Position numbers and translations under genes: made by a program
Shown: one piece after another, positions 48,701 through 62,345 of the stretch
Numbering within the stretch: position 1 is the first letter of the stretch
How the letters are laid out: each line of letters starts with the position of its first letter
From: Ascidiella aspersa
Lineage: Eukaryota
Direction of reading: 5' to 3'
Length of the DNA: 64,000 bases
NCBI GenBank assembly: GCA_963924565.1
Contig: OZ004608.1
Location: 12,214,001 to 12,278,000 of the forward strand
The notes under the pieces: generated by a model
Databases searched by the model: none
Seen by the model: the letters and a program-made list of their open reading frames with translations, nothing else
Told to the model about the DNA's origin: nothing

Positions 48701-51700
48701 AATCAATCTGTTTTTTTAAGAATCAATCCGGTGCTTAAAAAACAATGAAAACGTTTTCCCTCTGGTATTTCCTAAACGAAGCTTTAAACCTCGATGTTCG
48801 CGCGAGCCAGCATACAGCATATGGCCACCGCCCTATATGTGTTTTATCTGTCCCAGCAGAACAACTAGCATTTCGATCGTCGGCCCGAACTGTAATAACT
48901 TCCCTTCCAGCGCGATTCTCAGAAAGGAAAGGCACGATCGCGATTTTGAAGTGCCGCAAATGCACAAAGCCAGCGGGCTAGCCAGGGGCCCCGCTACCTC
49001 AAACTTAACACCGTTTTCCAGCCGGCCTAAAGTTGCCTAATTGTTCCAACTTTGATAATTATTTCTAAGCGCTAATTTAATTCGTGGCGAACTGTATCGT
49101 TTGCGGTTCGCCATCTGTGGAAGATAATTTCGCGCTACTGTCCAATTGTTTGCAAATAAACCACTACACACGCTTAACCCTGTAAGTGGCTAATTAAAGA
49201 CTGGCGTCAATGTTCGTATTTTGGATGCACGATACTGCCGTATTTTCGTGACTTTTTTAATCTCCATACAAACAGCGTTTCGGCTATTTTAGGAACAGCT
49301 CTTGGTTTGTTCAAAATTTCCATTCGAATCAGCGCGAGGAAAACGGGATAATGAAAAAGCCTGCCGTAAAAACGACTGTATCCGTTTCACGCGGAATCGT
49401 GGTTGTTTCAGCTTGGCGCCACGCAAAAGAATCAAATCGCACAATAATATTACGCTCCTTTATACGCTGGTGCTTCGGCTCCAGTTGTTAAAAGGCTCGC
49501 GTCGTCTCTAGTCAAATATTTGAAGGCTTGAGTTCCCTGTGTGCGTCTCGTAGATAGAACTTGTAGCTACGACAAAACCCGTGTCATTACTCGGCGCTCT
49601 GGCGTCCACGACAAGACGGGAATCCATAGTTACGCACTTAACCTGCAGAGGGTTGTTGATCAAAATTTGGTGGCATGTGTATTTTACATTGTTGTTGTTT
49701 ACGCGCGTAATCCCGATTCTGTAGGTTTCGCTTTCGAGTTGCGAGTGTTCTTGTGACGAACGTTGCTCTCCTGTTATTATAGAAAATATAATGGCTCGCT
49801 GTGGTTTTTCAATGGAAGCGTGGTTTGCTGGTCACGGCTGGCACTTTCGCCTTTCAATGCTTCCCGCGAGATTTCATGAGCTCGCTGTGGAAAGCCTTCG
49901 CGGAGCCGAAACTCGGGTCGCCAACACGAAAAGCCGCAGAAATTGACGCACACCGGCAGCTTTTAATAATTAATGCGTCGCAATGCGCCTAAAAGTGATA
50001 AATTGCGTGCTTTATTACGCAGCCAGGCGGGCCGCCACCGGCAGGAGTTGGTTGGTCGGGCCGGGGTCGACGAAGAATAGGCCACTCCCCTTTTGCTTTT
50101 GGCCCGTGGCGTAAGCGAAACAAGATACCTGGCCGATAATAGCCGATGCTTCGACTGATAATTTCACGTTTTCTCGCAAGATCAAATCGACCTTTTATTA
50201 GGATTTTCGAAAAATAAAGGCGGAAGACAGTGGTAGATAGGCCGATAAATTGCCAATAAAATGTTGTGCCCCATTTGAATTTTCCGTGCGCTTTGATCCA
50301 ACACGTAATGTGTCGCCTCTCGTTTCGCCCAGATGACGCGAGCGTGCAAATTAATTCCACCCGATTTCGCGCCGGGGGCTTTTCCCTAGCCTTCGAAACA
50401 AAAACAAACCGATGACGATCAAACTCCGTAATCCGGTTTGCAGTTTCGCGTCTCCCGCAAGTGCAATTTCCCTTTTATAAAAAGCACGGCGGCATTTGTC
50501 TTCCCCCACACCCCCACCCCCCCTTATTCCCGCTACACAGGCGCGCCTGGTGTGGGATTAATAAGGTTGTAAACATATGGTAACGAGTTTGGAACCCGCG
50601 AGCGGCATAAGACGGATTAGCGCGCCTCCAACTCCGCCTCTTGCGCCTTCTCTTTCTCCGCGCCGCTCCTCCTTTGTCACGGGCGCGCGACGCTGAAAAA
50701 TGCACTCGCGCGCGCGTGAGAGTGTCCTGTTGCGAAAATGGGTCAATATTGCGAGAAAGCTGACGAGTCTTGCCGTCGTTTGCTTTTGGTGAATCATTGT
50801 TTTCTCGCCGCGTGTCGACGTGACGGAACCCCACATATAGGGGCGCATAGGTGTCGATATGAAATTGTCCAGATTTGGCAAATTCCGCCCCTGTTTAGGC
50901 CTTGACCCAATTGGCTGTAAAGCCCGTAATTTCTGTCTTTGTTGAATACTTTCAGTACGTATTTTTTTGCGACTATTTCATTGAAATAGTAATCTATGCT
51001 AATTGTCTGCTGTAGTTAGAGAACTAGTCTATATTTTTGGAAACCGTTTGAGAAAATTAAAGACCTTTTCTATATTAAAAACACACACCGGCCACGTACA
51101 CATTTGTTTTGATTTCGAGTAAAGCTATACCTTCTGTCTATCAATAAGCCCGCGTCAAAATCCGACGCATTGAGTGCGCTTAAGTAAGCCATCGACGCCC
51201 TTTTTGAGCTGCGATCTTAATTTTATCGATCGCTAAAAAGGTGAACGGTGAAGTGCGTCGCTGAGTCGCAATTACTCTGAATCGATCACTTGTAAATTCA
51301 ATTCCGCCACCGTCGAAATTCGCCTTCCCTCTACAAAGTGACACCAGGGTATAAAAATTCAATAAAAAGTTTTGAAAATCTCTCGCGCCCAGTTCACACG
51401 CGTTTTGCCAAAATTAGTATTTTGGTCTGACCTTTGAGGGCTGCTTGCAACAACGCGTCGGCCCGATGCATGCTAATTTCATTCCAATCGTGAAATTCGA
51501 CTCGGGGGCCGGCCTCCCAACTTTACACAGACTCAGGCAGGCCGAATCAGGAAGACATTGCTCGCTGTTGATCCTGCCATAATTTCCGTCCGTATTAAAT
51601 TGCGCTCGCGCAGCGCCCCTTCGCCACTTGGCCGCGTTTCTTTTTGCTGCGCCCTTCGAGCCTCTCAGCATCGCGCTCCCATCAAAGCAAGTTTCGTCGG

Positions 51701-54700
51701 TCGAGACACATTTCGCCTTTTGCCGCTTTCGGCCTGGCACTTGAAATTAGTCGATTCTTTCAGGTGCCTCAGCTCTTGTTGTTGACGTTATGGGGGCGAA
51801 ATAGCGCCACGCTAAAAACGCGTATTATTACCATTTCAAAGCGTTCGGATCTCACCGTCCACGCGATTTTAGCGCGGCGTTGAAACAACCCTCATTCGTT
51901 TAATGGCGTAATTCGAGCCTATACCGATATTTATCTTTCGAATTTAAGCGCCGCGATGTTATTTTGCCTTTAAAGCGACTTTAGAATAGCGAGGCAGTTT
52001 TAACAGCACGTACGAAAAGTAGCAGGCCGGTGATAATTTGCGCCGTGAATTCCCTGTAGAAAACACTTGTAGGGCACAATTCCAACACGCTGCGGGTTAG
52101 AAGCAATCCAGGGTATAGACATATTCCGCATGCGTTGATACCGCCTGGACTCTGACTCTCTTGTATTGATTTGTTCAACAGGCGACGGCGTGCGGTTAGC
52201 AACACTATTCAATAGCTTGGCCATCCGGTTTAATTCCAATAAAGATTCGCCGCCGCCGTCAGATGTGGGAAGCGTTTAACGCGGCTTCTGATTTCGTTTC
52301 CTGTAGTTTTACGTTTCGAGGGTAGTTTACGAAATGAGAAAAAAAACAAATGGCGTTTTGTTTTTTTTTCCGCTGCAGTTTTTTCTGCGAAATTCCTCGA
52401 TGAAAGCTTACAAAACCTTATTTAATAGCATTTCGCTCCTGGCGCTAAAGCCTAGTTTGGATGATGGCGCAATTGTTTCGTATCACGTGAAGCGGGCGAT
52501 TGTCTAAAAAACTCCGTGAGCGCGAACTCTGCGTCATGTAATTTCGTTGAATGACAGTGCGAGATGTGGCATCTATTGTGCTTGCTGTCTCGTGATGAAC
52601 TAATAAATAGACAAAACGCTGTAAATCATTTTTCCTCCATTAGCAGCAACGCGTGGGTATTTTCAACGTACAATTTTTCAACCGTGAACATCGTAATGCC
52701 TATGCTTCAAGTGCGATTTGTGTCGGTTTTGTGCAATATCCAAGCTTTATGCCCACAAGCCGCCGACGTGACCCAAACGGATTAGGTTAAATCTCCTTTC
52801 CCTGTCGGCAGATGAGTGCGCGCCACTTATTTATTAGCGCCAAGGTCCACAAGGGTTCGCCATTTAATTTGCATAGTAAATCGGGCCCGCTGCCCAAATG
52901 GCCGCTAGACATGTCGCAATGATTAGGCCAGGAAGCGAATGTCGACTTCCGCGGCGTACAAAAGTGGCAAAGGGCTGTTCAAAAGTCCAACCCAGCTACC
53001 TTTTTGTTGCCACACCGCTGACGCCTTGAAAATCACAGAATTTTTGTGTTGCTACTTGGCTTGCGGAGAAACGTGAAATACGTGGCGTTTTTCGGGATTT
53101 AGGCGGATTAACATTGTTCTTCTCAGTTTTTACGCGAATCCAATCGGTTATGTCTCGTTTGACGAGAAAAGGGATTGATAGTAATTTGTGAGGCTAACTT
53201 CTGATGTCGCGCGCTTTTATTTCGAATCCGAACTACGTCACGTTTCCCTCTTTTGACGTGAGTCAGTGTTTTACTTCACCAAACCCGTCTTTGGATGTTG
53301 ACGTCAGAAATTGACGTTCCGCTCACTGCCCACGCGCGGTCAACCGCAACGAAGAGAATTTTTTTGGCTAAAACCGAAGGACGATTTGTCACACTTTAAG
53401 CCGAACTTGAAACCGCTAATCTCCGAAATGCGCTTATACGGCAATTTCGCGTGGCCAATCTAAGGCTGTCCCAAATTTTTCCAAGTCGTCGCCCCGTTTA
53501 GTTTTTTCAAACCTTGTATGAAATTGGCCCTTCAAATTGTTACGCGGTCCCCTGTTTTGGAATGCTTATTCTAATTTTTTTAATTATTTAGGATCACTTA
53601 ATATTCTGCCATTCCAAAAACAACAAGTCGTACAAATGCGGTTTGGCGTTTAAACAAAATCGAAATAAGCGAAGCCGAGCCGCGATTTTCCGCGTGCCGC
53701 CGGAAAAGGAAACTCTACGATTCTCCACGCAGAGCTAATTATAACGATCAGTTTACGCGAGAGAGCTTTATGTGTCGCGCTACTTGTGTACACACCTTGT
53801 CCCCTGTCGCCGCGCAGCTCCGCGTTGCCTGACAATACGTCGGCTCCTCCCCCTTGTTTCTTTACTGTCTGCCCAACTGCGCCTTTTCAGCCAGCTTGCG
53901 TTGTGTGCGCCGCGCAGGCCAGGAGAACTTCTTTGTTTGAGGCCGCTTCGCATATTTGCCGATTTTGATAATGCGCATATCGGGTAAAGGTGATTTCGGC
54001 TTTAGTTTGCAATTTCGCTCCATATTTAGTAAAATGACTTTAAAATAGTTGCTTTGCTGGTAATTTTGTGCTCTTATATTTGTAATATCAGCCAATTTTC
54101 ATTATGATCGGCCAATTTTTTAATTTTTTTGTTGTAGTTTTACCTGTTTTTACCACATGTTGTATAACCGTCAAAGTGATTATAGTTAATTAGGACATCC
54201 GCAAAACTAACTTTAGTAGTATTTATTTTTGTTTTAAAATTCAACAAACAAAGCGGTGATATGGCCAACTACAGATCTAAAACAACAAAAATATTGTTCA
54301 CCCTACACACTACATTCTACATTGTTCCTTGTTCGATCGCTGAGCAATCGGTATCGAATCGTGATTTATTGTTATTGCCGTGAAGTTTCTGCTTAAGAAA
54401 ACCCTATTCTTGTGCGAGTAAGCGGTTCGTGCGGTTTTGTTCGACGCAAAACGAGAAAGATTGCTCTTGCTCCTCTCGTTTTTCCTCCCCCGAGAGGCTT
54501 CTTGGCTTGTCGGCCAAACGTTGCTGGTGAAATCCCCTTAACCTTTGCAGAGGCAAAGCACAAGTGATTAATGAAATGCCGAGGCTCCGCTCTAATGTTA
54601 TGTGTTTCCGCATTTGGTTTACTTGATTTAAAACTCGAAAAAAAACTATGAACACTGCTGCACAGTTTAAGCAGCTAGTTGACGCGCTTAATAGTTTCAA

Positions 54701-56846
54701 CATTAATTACCCTTGGTACAATTTTTTTGTGACGATTTAAATTCGAAATTAATATTTGGCGACTTAACATTAGTCTTATGAAGCAGCTGCTAACGATTTA
54801 GCCTGTAAATATGGGCGCTTTTTGTCGAAATGAACTTCCCGTGATACAATTCGATTTCTCTATTTATTTTTTTATGTTTTTGGCATATGCTCGGTGGGTG
54901 CACGAGCGCATTTGTTCTCGAGCCGAGCATTGTTGCGAAACAATCAAAACGCCATCGCCCCGGCGGTCACAGATGGTTGCGCTTTCAATTACGCCGAGAG
55001 AATCTTTCCCTGGCTCTGTATACATCACACAGTGGCCATTGTGATGTCGGCTCACGATTGGGGTCGCCGGCCGAATTTAATCCAACCGATTAGTTTTGCG
55101 CCGTTCGAACGAAATCGACATTAAGTTGCAACACGCCAATTTCAAAAGCGTATACATACGCGAATTGCCTTATCCTGTTGCGCGAAAGTTCAAGTCGCTG
55201 TGGAAAATCGGTCGCCTTTTAAAACGATTGATGAATTTACCCACGAAACGTCGTGCAATTGGGCTGTGCTCGGAAGCAATAAATGGCCAACGATTTGCGT
55301 GGAACTCTCCGCAAACCCAAAAGCCCCTCGGAATCGCGCAGTCAGCACCAAAACGAGCCTGTCGCACGATGCGCTTATGTCGTACAAATGGCAATGCTGT
55401 CCGGTTGCTGTCTTTGCGCTCCTAACACCGCCGCGCTCAGGATAAGGCAGATATCCTGTTGGCGGATTGCGCCTGCCAGTTTGACAGCGACAGGACCTGC
55501 CACTGTAAACATTCGCACTGTAATGTCACGACTATGCAAATACGGCAGGACCCCGCTTTGTATAAGAGCCTTGCTGTAATTTCAAAATCGTATTGTGGCC
55601 GCGGTGTGAAATTGAATGGCCTGGGAAGTACGTCGGTCAAAGCGGAAAACAGCTAACTACTAGAATGGTCGTTAAACGCTTTTTCATAGCTTCGAAACTA
55701 GGTTGACATAGGGTTGTTTGCTTACACATTTACTTTTTTTGTATAAATGTCGGTTGTTTGCTTAAGCCTTTCCTGTACGAGAGCGCCTTTCATTATTACA
55801 TAAAAGAACCACGAGAGGCTGAATAGATCAGAAGCTATTAATACTGTTGAGCCATAAACAGAATTATCAGTTCTGAATTTAAAAACAGTAACCCTCTCGT
55901 CAATCCTGCCAGTTGATACGGTCACTTAAATAACGTTTTTCACATACGCTCGCAGTCGCACACCTATCACATAGTTGCTGATTAACTCTCTGTTTGAACA
56001 GAGAGTTGTTGCAATCGGTTTAAGAACAAGGTATTCGATTTGATTAATCATGCAGTAACGACTTGTAATTCCTTTTTGGCGTGCTAAATTTTTACAATTT
56101 TTTTTTTTAATTTAATAATGTTATGAAATCAGTAGTATCACTTGTAAGCTTATATTTTAAAAGTAAGTCAATAAAATGGATGGGTATGCATTAACATAAC
56201 AAAACTCATTTATTCTACGAGGGAGGAATTTGTGTTGAGGTGCTTTTTACAATTCTTATTCCCAACAACAGTAGGCTATTCGGCATCCTGTACAGCCTGT
56301 GTGTAGTATACAAATATGTTATTATCTTGTGGTCGGTCGCGTTTTAAAAGCGTTTCCCCGCGCGAGTCCTAACCTCATTTTGCACGTTTCATTTTCTTGA
56401 CGCCTAGGATTACGCCAAGAATTGTCTGCATTGCAATTTCCGTGAACTGAACTGTGCGCACACAATTTATTATACCAGCGCGTTGGCCGAAGCCTGTATT
56501 CGCGTAACTCCCACTTTGCTCTATTCTTCCCTCCCATCTCCAGGCAGCCTTATCGCAACTTGATACGCTTTGCGGTTTCCAACTCGCTCGGATAGTAGTT
56601 GATTATCTCCCGTCGTTTTCCACAAGCTCGACCAGTTGCCATCCCGAATTAACTCGCTTTGTGCTTGTCGGCCCATTATATGTGACGACACGCGTATTAA
56701 CAACCCCGGCTATTTATTATTAGTTTACGTGTTGTTCCAAAATAGTCATCTCCTGGCACAGTTTCGTTTTTGTAAAGCAGTAACGCCGCAAATAATCGAA
56801 TTGAACCTTTGGAGCATAATTTTGGAGGTTTTAGTAAGACGTAAGG

Positions 56847-56970
56847 AGAATATCAAAGCCCATACAGAAGTAGGTATCATTTTGAACGTTACGAATAACT
56901 TTTTATTCATTTTCAGAGTTATTCGAAACGTTTAAAATGATACCTACTTCTTTATGGGCTTTGATATTCT
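56847..56970. mobile_element. Inverted repeat (about 54-bp arms) with decayed hammerhead motif; Penelope-like end remnant
   Basis: The arm AGAATATCAAAGCCCATACAGAAGTAGGTATCATTTTGAACGTTACGAATAACT has a near-perfect reverse complement. The minus strand reads CTGAAAA-T-GAATAA-AAAG-TTATTC-GTAA-CG-TT, and the other arm retains GAAA. A partial third copy lies at 59611-59638. Confidence 0.65.
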
Positions 56971-57058
56971 TATTGCGAATTGAACCTTGTTTGTTGATTT
57001 TGCAACATATGTTATTTAAAGTAACGACGTACTCGTTATAGCAGAAAGTTTGTGGCGA

Positions 57059-57086
57059 CGTGTGTGTGTGTGTGCGCGCGCACACA
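57059..57086. repeat. (TG)n(CG)n(CA)n alternating purine-pyrimidine microsatellite
   Basis: CGTGTGTGTGTGTGTGCGCGCGCACACA. Confidence 0.8.
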
Positions 57087-60000
57087 ACTGTGACGTCTGT
57101 ATTCTGTCGAGTGGGCAAAACCGAATATCCCCAGAGCGCTTTGAACGAGGACGCGATACACGCAACTGAAGGGCGGCATGTGACCCGACATGCCAGAATC
57201 TTGTATGTGCTGGTTTTATTGTCTCGGCGCCCGTGTTTGTTTAGCCCGAAATCCGTGTTTGCCTTTCTCATTTAACTGCTGCAGATAAGGGCCGAGTAGG
57301 GCTGCTTTTAGCGCGTCGCGTCGTTTATAATTAATACGGCCGGACGGGGGACCGCTTGGCTGCCATTAGGAAGGGGAAAGCACGGGAAGCCTTGACGGCG
57401 AGCAAAAATAGTAGCAAGGCCCTTAGCGCTTTAGTAATGCAATACTGAAATACCACAATGGCGTCTACCCGTGTATCACGCGTGTTGCAAATTTCGGCAT
57501 AACGAAAACCTGTTTGCTGTCTAACTGTAAGTATGGGATTATGGTCGCTATTTTCATCCGGCGATGAACCGTAAGTGGTTTGACATTTTTATAGCGCCGA
57601 AGTCGCGTTTTGTGCCTTTTTAACGCCGCGCCCCAAGATTTGAAGGCTTGCAAAAAATCTCTTCTACGACCGCGTCTGCTTATTTTCGTACTTGACCGAA
57701 CAGGCCTGGCAGGTGCCTTTTGTACCCTTGGGCGACAACGTTCGACGCGCAAAGAATAGTTGATTCAATTGCGGCCGGTTTTAAACCCGTTTAATTGGAG
57801 AGCGTTTGTAAGAAAGCGAGCCGAACATGTGGCCACTTTTTCCGCGAAAAATACCCAAGGGTGTGCTTTGTGCTTGTTGACGGCCGTTTCTTCAGGAAAT
57901 GTGCTCGCACTAACCGCCGCGATGCGTTGCATAAACAACAGTCGGCATTCTGTAAAGGTCGCGCGACCGCAGCGAAACGGGGCCGCGCGCAGACTTGGCC
58001 TTTGCCATATAGAATACTATAGTTGCGCAAAATAAATCATCAGTTCCGCTTAACAATTTAATTCAAATGTATCTTTGATGCATTGTGTTTCAATTTCATG
58101 CTTGGTGTTATTTCACTTTGAAGGTTTTTTTTTATTTGCGCCACAAATATTAGCACACCACCGAAGTTAAAATCGTGTTTAGCAACTATTTCTTCGAACA
58201 TCCACCATACCATGGCTAAGATACAAACTTGTTTTTAAAATTGATGACCTGGTAATGGAATTTCCAAACACAATGCCTTATAGGTTTAGGTGCACGATAA
58301 AACAGATTACATTACCACCATTTTTGGCAATTGCCGTTTATTTTTTTTTCACTCCTAAAACTTAAAAAAAATCATGTTTCTGTGTCGTTTTATTGCTGCC
58401 ATGAGGCTATATTCCGATTTATATATTTTCGTAACGAATTGTAAAAAAAACGTCTTATCTTGCAACGGGTGGCCTTGGCAAGGAACGCAAGATTTCAGCC
58501 CGCGGCTATTTTCTTGCCGCTACAATGACGTCGATTTACTGCAATTACGACGCGATAAAACTCGAAGCCATTTATTTTAATCTAGGTATACGTACGCTTT
58601 CGTCCGTTTTTACTTTTCGACTTGGGCCACGGTTTTGTTTCGTCGATGCGCATCTCCGCTATTTATACGGATTCGTAATACGGATTACTTTTGGCGGGGA
58701 TAGTTTAAGTGTCAATTCATTAGACATTGATATGCATACAATAATAACATTTGAATTGTAGCATAGCGCGAAACAAAAATAATTTCACGATCGCATTTTG
58801 AAACGTCAAGCAATTTCGAACTTCCATTTGCGCTGTGCACAACATTCATTAATACAACAAGCCGAAGATTTATATTTTTAGTTTAATTACCGCAAATGGC
58901 TCTCTGCTTCCTGCAATAATTTCGGGCAGGTTTAGCATTTCAGATTCTAGGATCGGTGCATTCCCTAACGTGACTAACCTCACTGAGGAATCAGTCATCG
59001 CTCGTCAGAAATGTTTCCAAAATCGTGTCTGTTCGAAAACGCTCACGCCCTTTTGTATCCGCAGCATATTTTCGATTTGACGTATGTTGCCAAAATGTGA
59101 AGAAATTAACGCGTTTCTTTGAATTGTATTTATCTTTGGGTCAGCAAAGGGTGTTTCCGTTAACTGAATCGAATCCTAATTTGGAATTTCGCCATTCTGC
59201 GGTTTATCAATATTATCGCATGAGCAAAATGAAGTGTACTGCCAAAGGCGAAAATATCTACAAATGTAAACTGCCAAAACATCAGGCGTGACTTTACGGC
59301 AATTTGTGGTGGGCGGCTTGTGCTAGGCTAGGGTCAAATAGCTACAATCTAAAAACAAGCAGCATCAAGTGCACGGCATACTTGACACACTATCGTCAGT
59401 GTTTTTGTTCTCCAGTTAAAGTGATAAGAGCCTCTGGTGTAAGACTCAGCTTGCCACCGACCGGCTTGCTTTCCTGGAATGGGCCCGGCGAAATTATTTA
59501 ATCCCGCGTCTGTCGACCGCGGTGCTTTATGTGTTGCGAACGTGTAGCGAAGGAGTAGGCAATTTTTAAATAACACATTTTGAGTCGTTCCACAATTTCA
59601 AGCCGTTCTTAGTATCAAAGCCCATACATAAGCAGGTAACAACCAGTCTCCATTCATTTTTGACGTGTTTATTAATATGGTAATCGATACAAATTGGTAA
59701 CGTTTTGCATATTTGTTTTATATTCGACCTTGTTTCCAAATTCTACACCAACAATTGTATTCTGTACCAAAAAGTTACATTTCAATCAAAAAACGTTCAA
59801 ATTCAAAATCGTTTTAAATTTATTGCCATTACCAAACCGGTTGGCTGGATTTAACTTTTAAGAAAGCAGCTCCAATCGTTTTTTTTAATCCGACAAAGCT
59901 GTAATTCTTGCCTATAGGCTGTTTTGCCTGAGAAGGTTGATAAAGCAAACAAACGATCGCAGTCGCCAACGCTCTTGCGTCCCACGCATCTTTTGCATCC

Positions 60001-61441
60001 AACACTTAATGCAGGCGTACACGCCAGCAATACACAGTAGCAACGGGGCCTATTAGTGGTTTACGCCTAACACACGCAGCGGTTGCATGTGCATAGCACC
60101 CGTTGCAGTTAGACGTGCGGAAGACAGGCCGGAAATAGCTCGTTTTTAAAAGGTCAAATGAATTTGTGCCCGCGGCGCTATTCGCGAACGTGAATCGGCG
60201 CCGTTTTAAAGTTCGATTTCAATTTTTTGATCGTGCTGTGTTTTTTCCTTTTCGTGTGTTGCTTTTTATTGCGATTGTCGAACGAAGTTGTTACGTCGGC
60301 TTAAAAGTGTATTACCGAGTAAAGAGCAATTTTAAATTGTTTCAGAACATGCATTTTCAGAATATAACACAAAAATGAAAAGCTTTTATTTAACTCATTT
60401 TTAGACATGCTTTGTCATTTATTGAAATGAAATAACGCCATTTCACTGTTTGGTGTTTCACGTAAACAGCCAAAATATTTCCCAGTCGAAATCCATTCAA
60501 GCTGGCACTGGCAGCCAAGCAGCTGAACGGCGTTATTTATTAGATCTGCCATCCGTGAATAGCAACGGCTCAAACGGGCGAAATTTCACCTCGCTGCGAA
60601 AAATTCCCCGGCTCCGCCTCAGCGAGCAGATGCCTTTGTGACGTCACAATGAAAAGAGAGGGTAAACCCTTTAGTGAGCATCAATTCCAGTCGGCGTCCT
60701 TCACTTTGTATTGATTCGCGGCTCGAGCAATGCGAAATAACTGCGGTAATTAGCTAGATTAAATTGCCTTGTATAGAAGCGCCCACTGCCACACCATTAC
60801 ACTTCCTTTGAAAGGCCCCGATCAATTAATCACAACAAACGGTGGTAAGCAGTTTCCCTATATTAGCCGCCTTTAATGTTGCAGGTTTTCTGTTGTTTTA
60901 TTGGTAATACTAAATGTAGCATTGTCAATTTTTTTATCGCGTTTTGTTTTAAAGCTTGGTGATTTAATATAAAATGTTGTTTGATAAACCGATTTGTCAG
61001 TGAACAATGCTTTACTTTCAAGTCAATTCGAAAAGCGAAAAGTGTCGAAAAATTGATACACGCCATCAATCTTTTGTAATCCAAAGCAAACCGAGCTTCG
61101 TTTTTCAAACACATAAGATGTTCAAACAGGGCAATTTCGAAGCCTTCGTAATGGCGTACACTGTACACGGCTTGCTTCTATTAAGCATCGCCACCGAACG
61201 ATTGTGAGTCAATATTTGATCTCTTTCTGTGCGCGTTACGTCACTGGCGCTCCGCTTGTGCGCTACACAAAGCCCATTGTGACGTGTAAGCGGAAACCCG
61301 GCGAGTTGCTGGTGATAATGGATGAGAAGTTTTGTTTTTAGAACCTGTGTGGGCTTGGCCGCCGCGGGTTTTTTTGACAGACTTCGATTTAGTTATCAAA
61401 TTTGATTCGGTTATCAAATTTGAATAAAAATTCTAAACCTT

Positions 61442-61605
61442 TTATGTTTGATAAAATCGACGTTTCGCTGTTTACAAACGTTTCAGCAATACCTATAAAA
61501 ATACAAGTGAAGACAAGTGACTTTACTTGTATTTTGACACTGATGATGGCATGAGGTATTGCTGAAACGTTTGTAACAGCGAAATATTGATTTTATCGAA
61601 TATAA
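61442..61605. mobile_element. Inverted repeat (about 70-bp interrupted arms) carrying a hammerhead motif; Penelope-like end remnant
   Basis: GATAAAATCGACGTTTCGCTGTTTACAAACGTTTCAGCAATACCT pairs with AGGTATTGCTGAAACGTTTGTAACAGCGAAATATTGATTTTATC. An inner pair is AAAATACAAGTGAAG / CTTTACTTGTATTTT. Confidence 0.75.
61537..61574 (+). ncRNA. Minimal type-I hammerhead ribozyme motif (Penelope-type)
   Basis: ACA-CTGATGA-T-GGCA(TGAGGTAT)TGCT-GAAA-CG-T-T-TGT gives an intact core, a 4-bp stem II, a palindromic AAACGTTT stem III region and a 3-bp stem I. Confidence 0.65.
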
Positions 61606-62302
61606 TCGCTTTAGTATTTTGTTTATTTTTATTGAAATTACCAAAAAACCCGTGTATTGTGTTGAACAGTGTTTAAATTTAATTTCGCAATTTTATGAGA
61701 ACGGTGAAACTTGAAGAAAATTGGGGTACGAACACCGTGATTTAAATGGTATCGTAAAACCGTCCACTGCACCTCGTTGAAACCACCCATTAAACCATTC
61801 GATGACTTAAATTTAAAATGTTATTACGTTTCTCGTTGGTAGCCATACCATTAAAAAACATCCCGTTCTGCATTACAAGTACCTTACCCGAAAAGTTTAT
61901 CACGAAAAACGTTTTTTTTATTTATACATTGCAACTTTATATTCGACATTGTTCGGTCGCGTTAAAATGCCAGTCAAAAGCTACTCGAGACAGCAGCATC
62001 TGCGCTTTAAAAAAGGGAGGCGTTTTTGTTCAAGGTGGCGGCGTGACGTCCGTGCCAATAAAAAGCGACCTAAAAAATAAAAAGCAAAACAAATTGCGAC
62101 GGGAACATATTCACTAACGGCAACGCGAGTGGACTTGCCAAAGAACCCACGTGAAGCCATTGATGCTGCCCGTGTCGCCAACCACCGCCGCTGCGTGGAA
62201 CTACAGTGTTTACATGACATTCGTGCGCGCCCATCCGTGGCCTGTTGAGCGTTGGCGGAACTGAAGTGCCTCGTGTGGAAAAGCGGCAACGTTGCTGACC
62301 TC

Positions 62303-62345
62303 GCACACACAAACACATATATACACACACACACGCGCGCGCACA
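62303..62345. repeat. (CA)n/(TA)n/(CG)n alternating purine-pyrimidine microsatellite
   Basis: GCACACACAAACACATATATACACACACACACGCGCGCGCACA. Confidence 0.8.
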
